Assembly: GCF_006345805.1 (NCBI RefSeq)
Contig: NC_043003.1
Span: forward strand, 106,888,001 to 106,952,000
Source of the DNA: Octopus sinensis
Lineage: Eukaryota
Reading direction: 5' to 3'
DNA: 64,000 nt
The translations under genes were made by a program, and so were the position numbers. Of the stretch, positions 63,800 through 64,000 are shown piece after piece; the stretch's first letter is position 1, and each line of letters starts with the position of its first letter. A model generated the notes under the pieces. It saw nothing but the letters and a program-made list of their open reading frames with translations, had not been told where the DNA came from and ran no database searches.

Positions 63800-64000
63800 T
63801 ATATCATTCATAAGAGATAATTTTGTTTTAGAATAACTCCACTGAATGTATGTGTGCGTGTAAATATGAATGTGTGCATGTGTGTGTGTTTGTGCATGTG
63901 TGAGAGAGAGAGAGAGAGAGTTTGTGTGCATGTGTGTGTAACCTCTAAATCTCTCATTCCATGGTCAACCATCTAAAATTCATTTTGGTCAGTAATTATT

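Overview
This is a eukaryotic, AT-rich window dense in microsatellites. It is almost entirely repeat-derived or intron/intergenic-like; the SINE families and (TA)n/(CA)n load suggest an octopus/coleoid genome (inference, not verified). No host gene can be identified, and most ORFs in the track are microsatellite translations. Supported elements: a 5'-truncated, decayed RTE LINE (2780-5987) with APE, RT and a PHD-like finger, plus many copies of its (GAT)n 3' tail; CR1/L2-type fragments; about 20 copies of one tRNA-headed SINE and at least three other SINE families; a complete but decayed Merlin (IS1595/ISXO2-like) DNA transposon with TIRs and 8-bp TSD (47685-49338) and a MITE sharing its termini; two non-autonomous Helitrons, a Helentron-type HINE, and mariner/Tc1 and piggyBac-type MITEs. 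The most interesting signal is a set of Penelope-type minimal hammerhead ribozyme motifs. One sits downstream of a tRNA-like Pol III head and is mirrored by an inverted copy (41437-41892). Others carry recurrent non-canonical cores (CCGANGA, CUGUCGA). Also notable are a near-perfect 300-bp palindrome with outward-facing TTAGGG repeats and an ~80-bp satellite carrying overlapping kB-like/STAT-like motifs.
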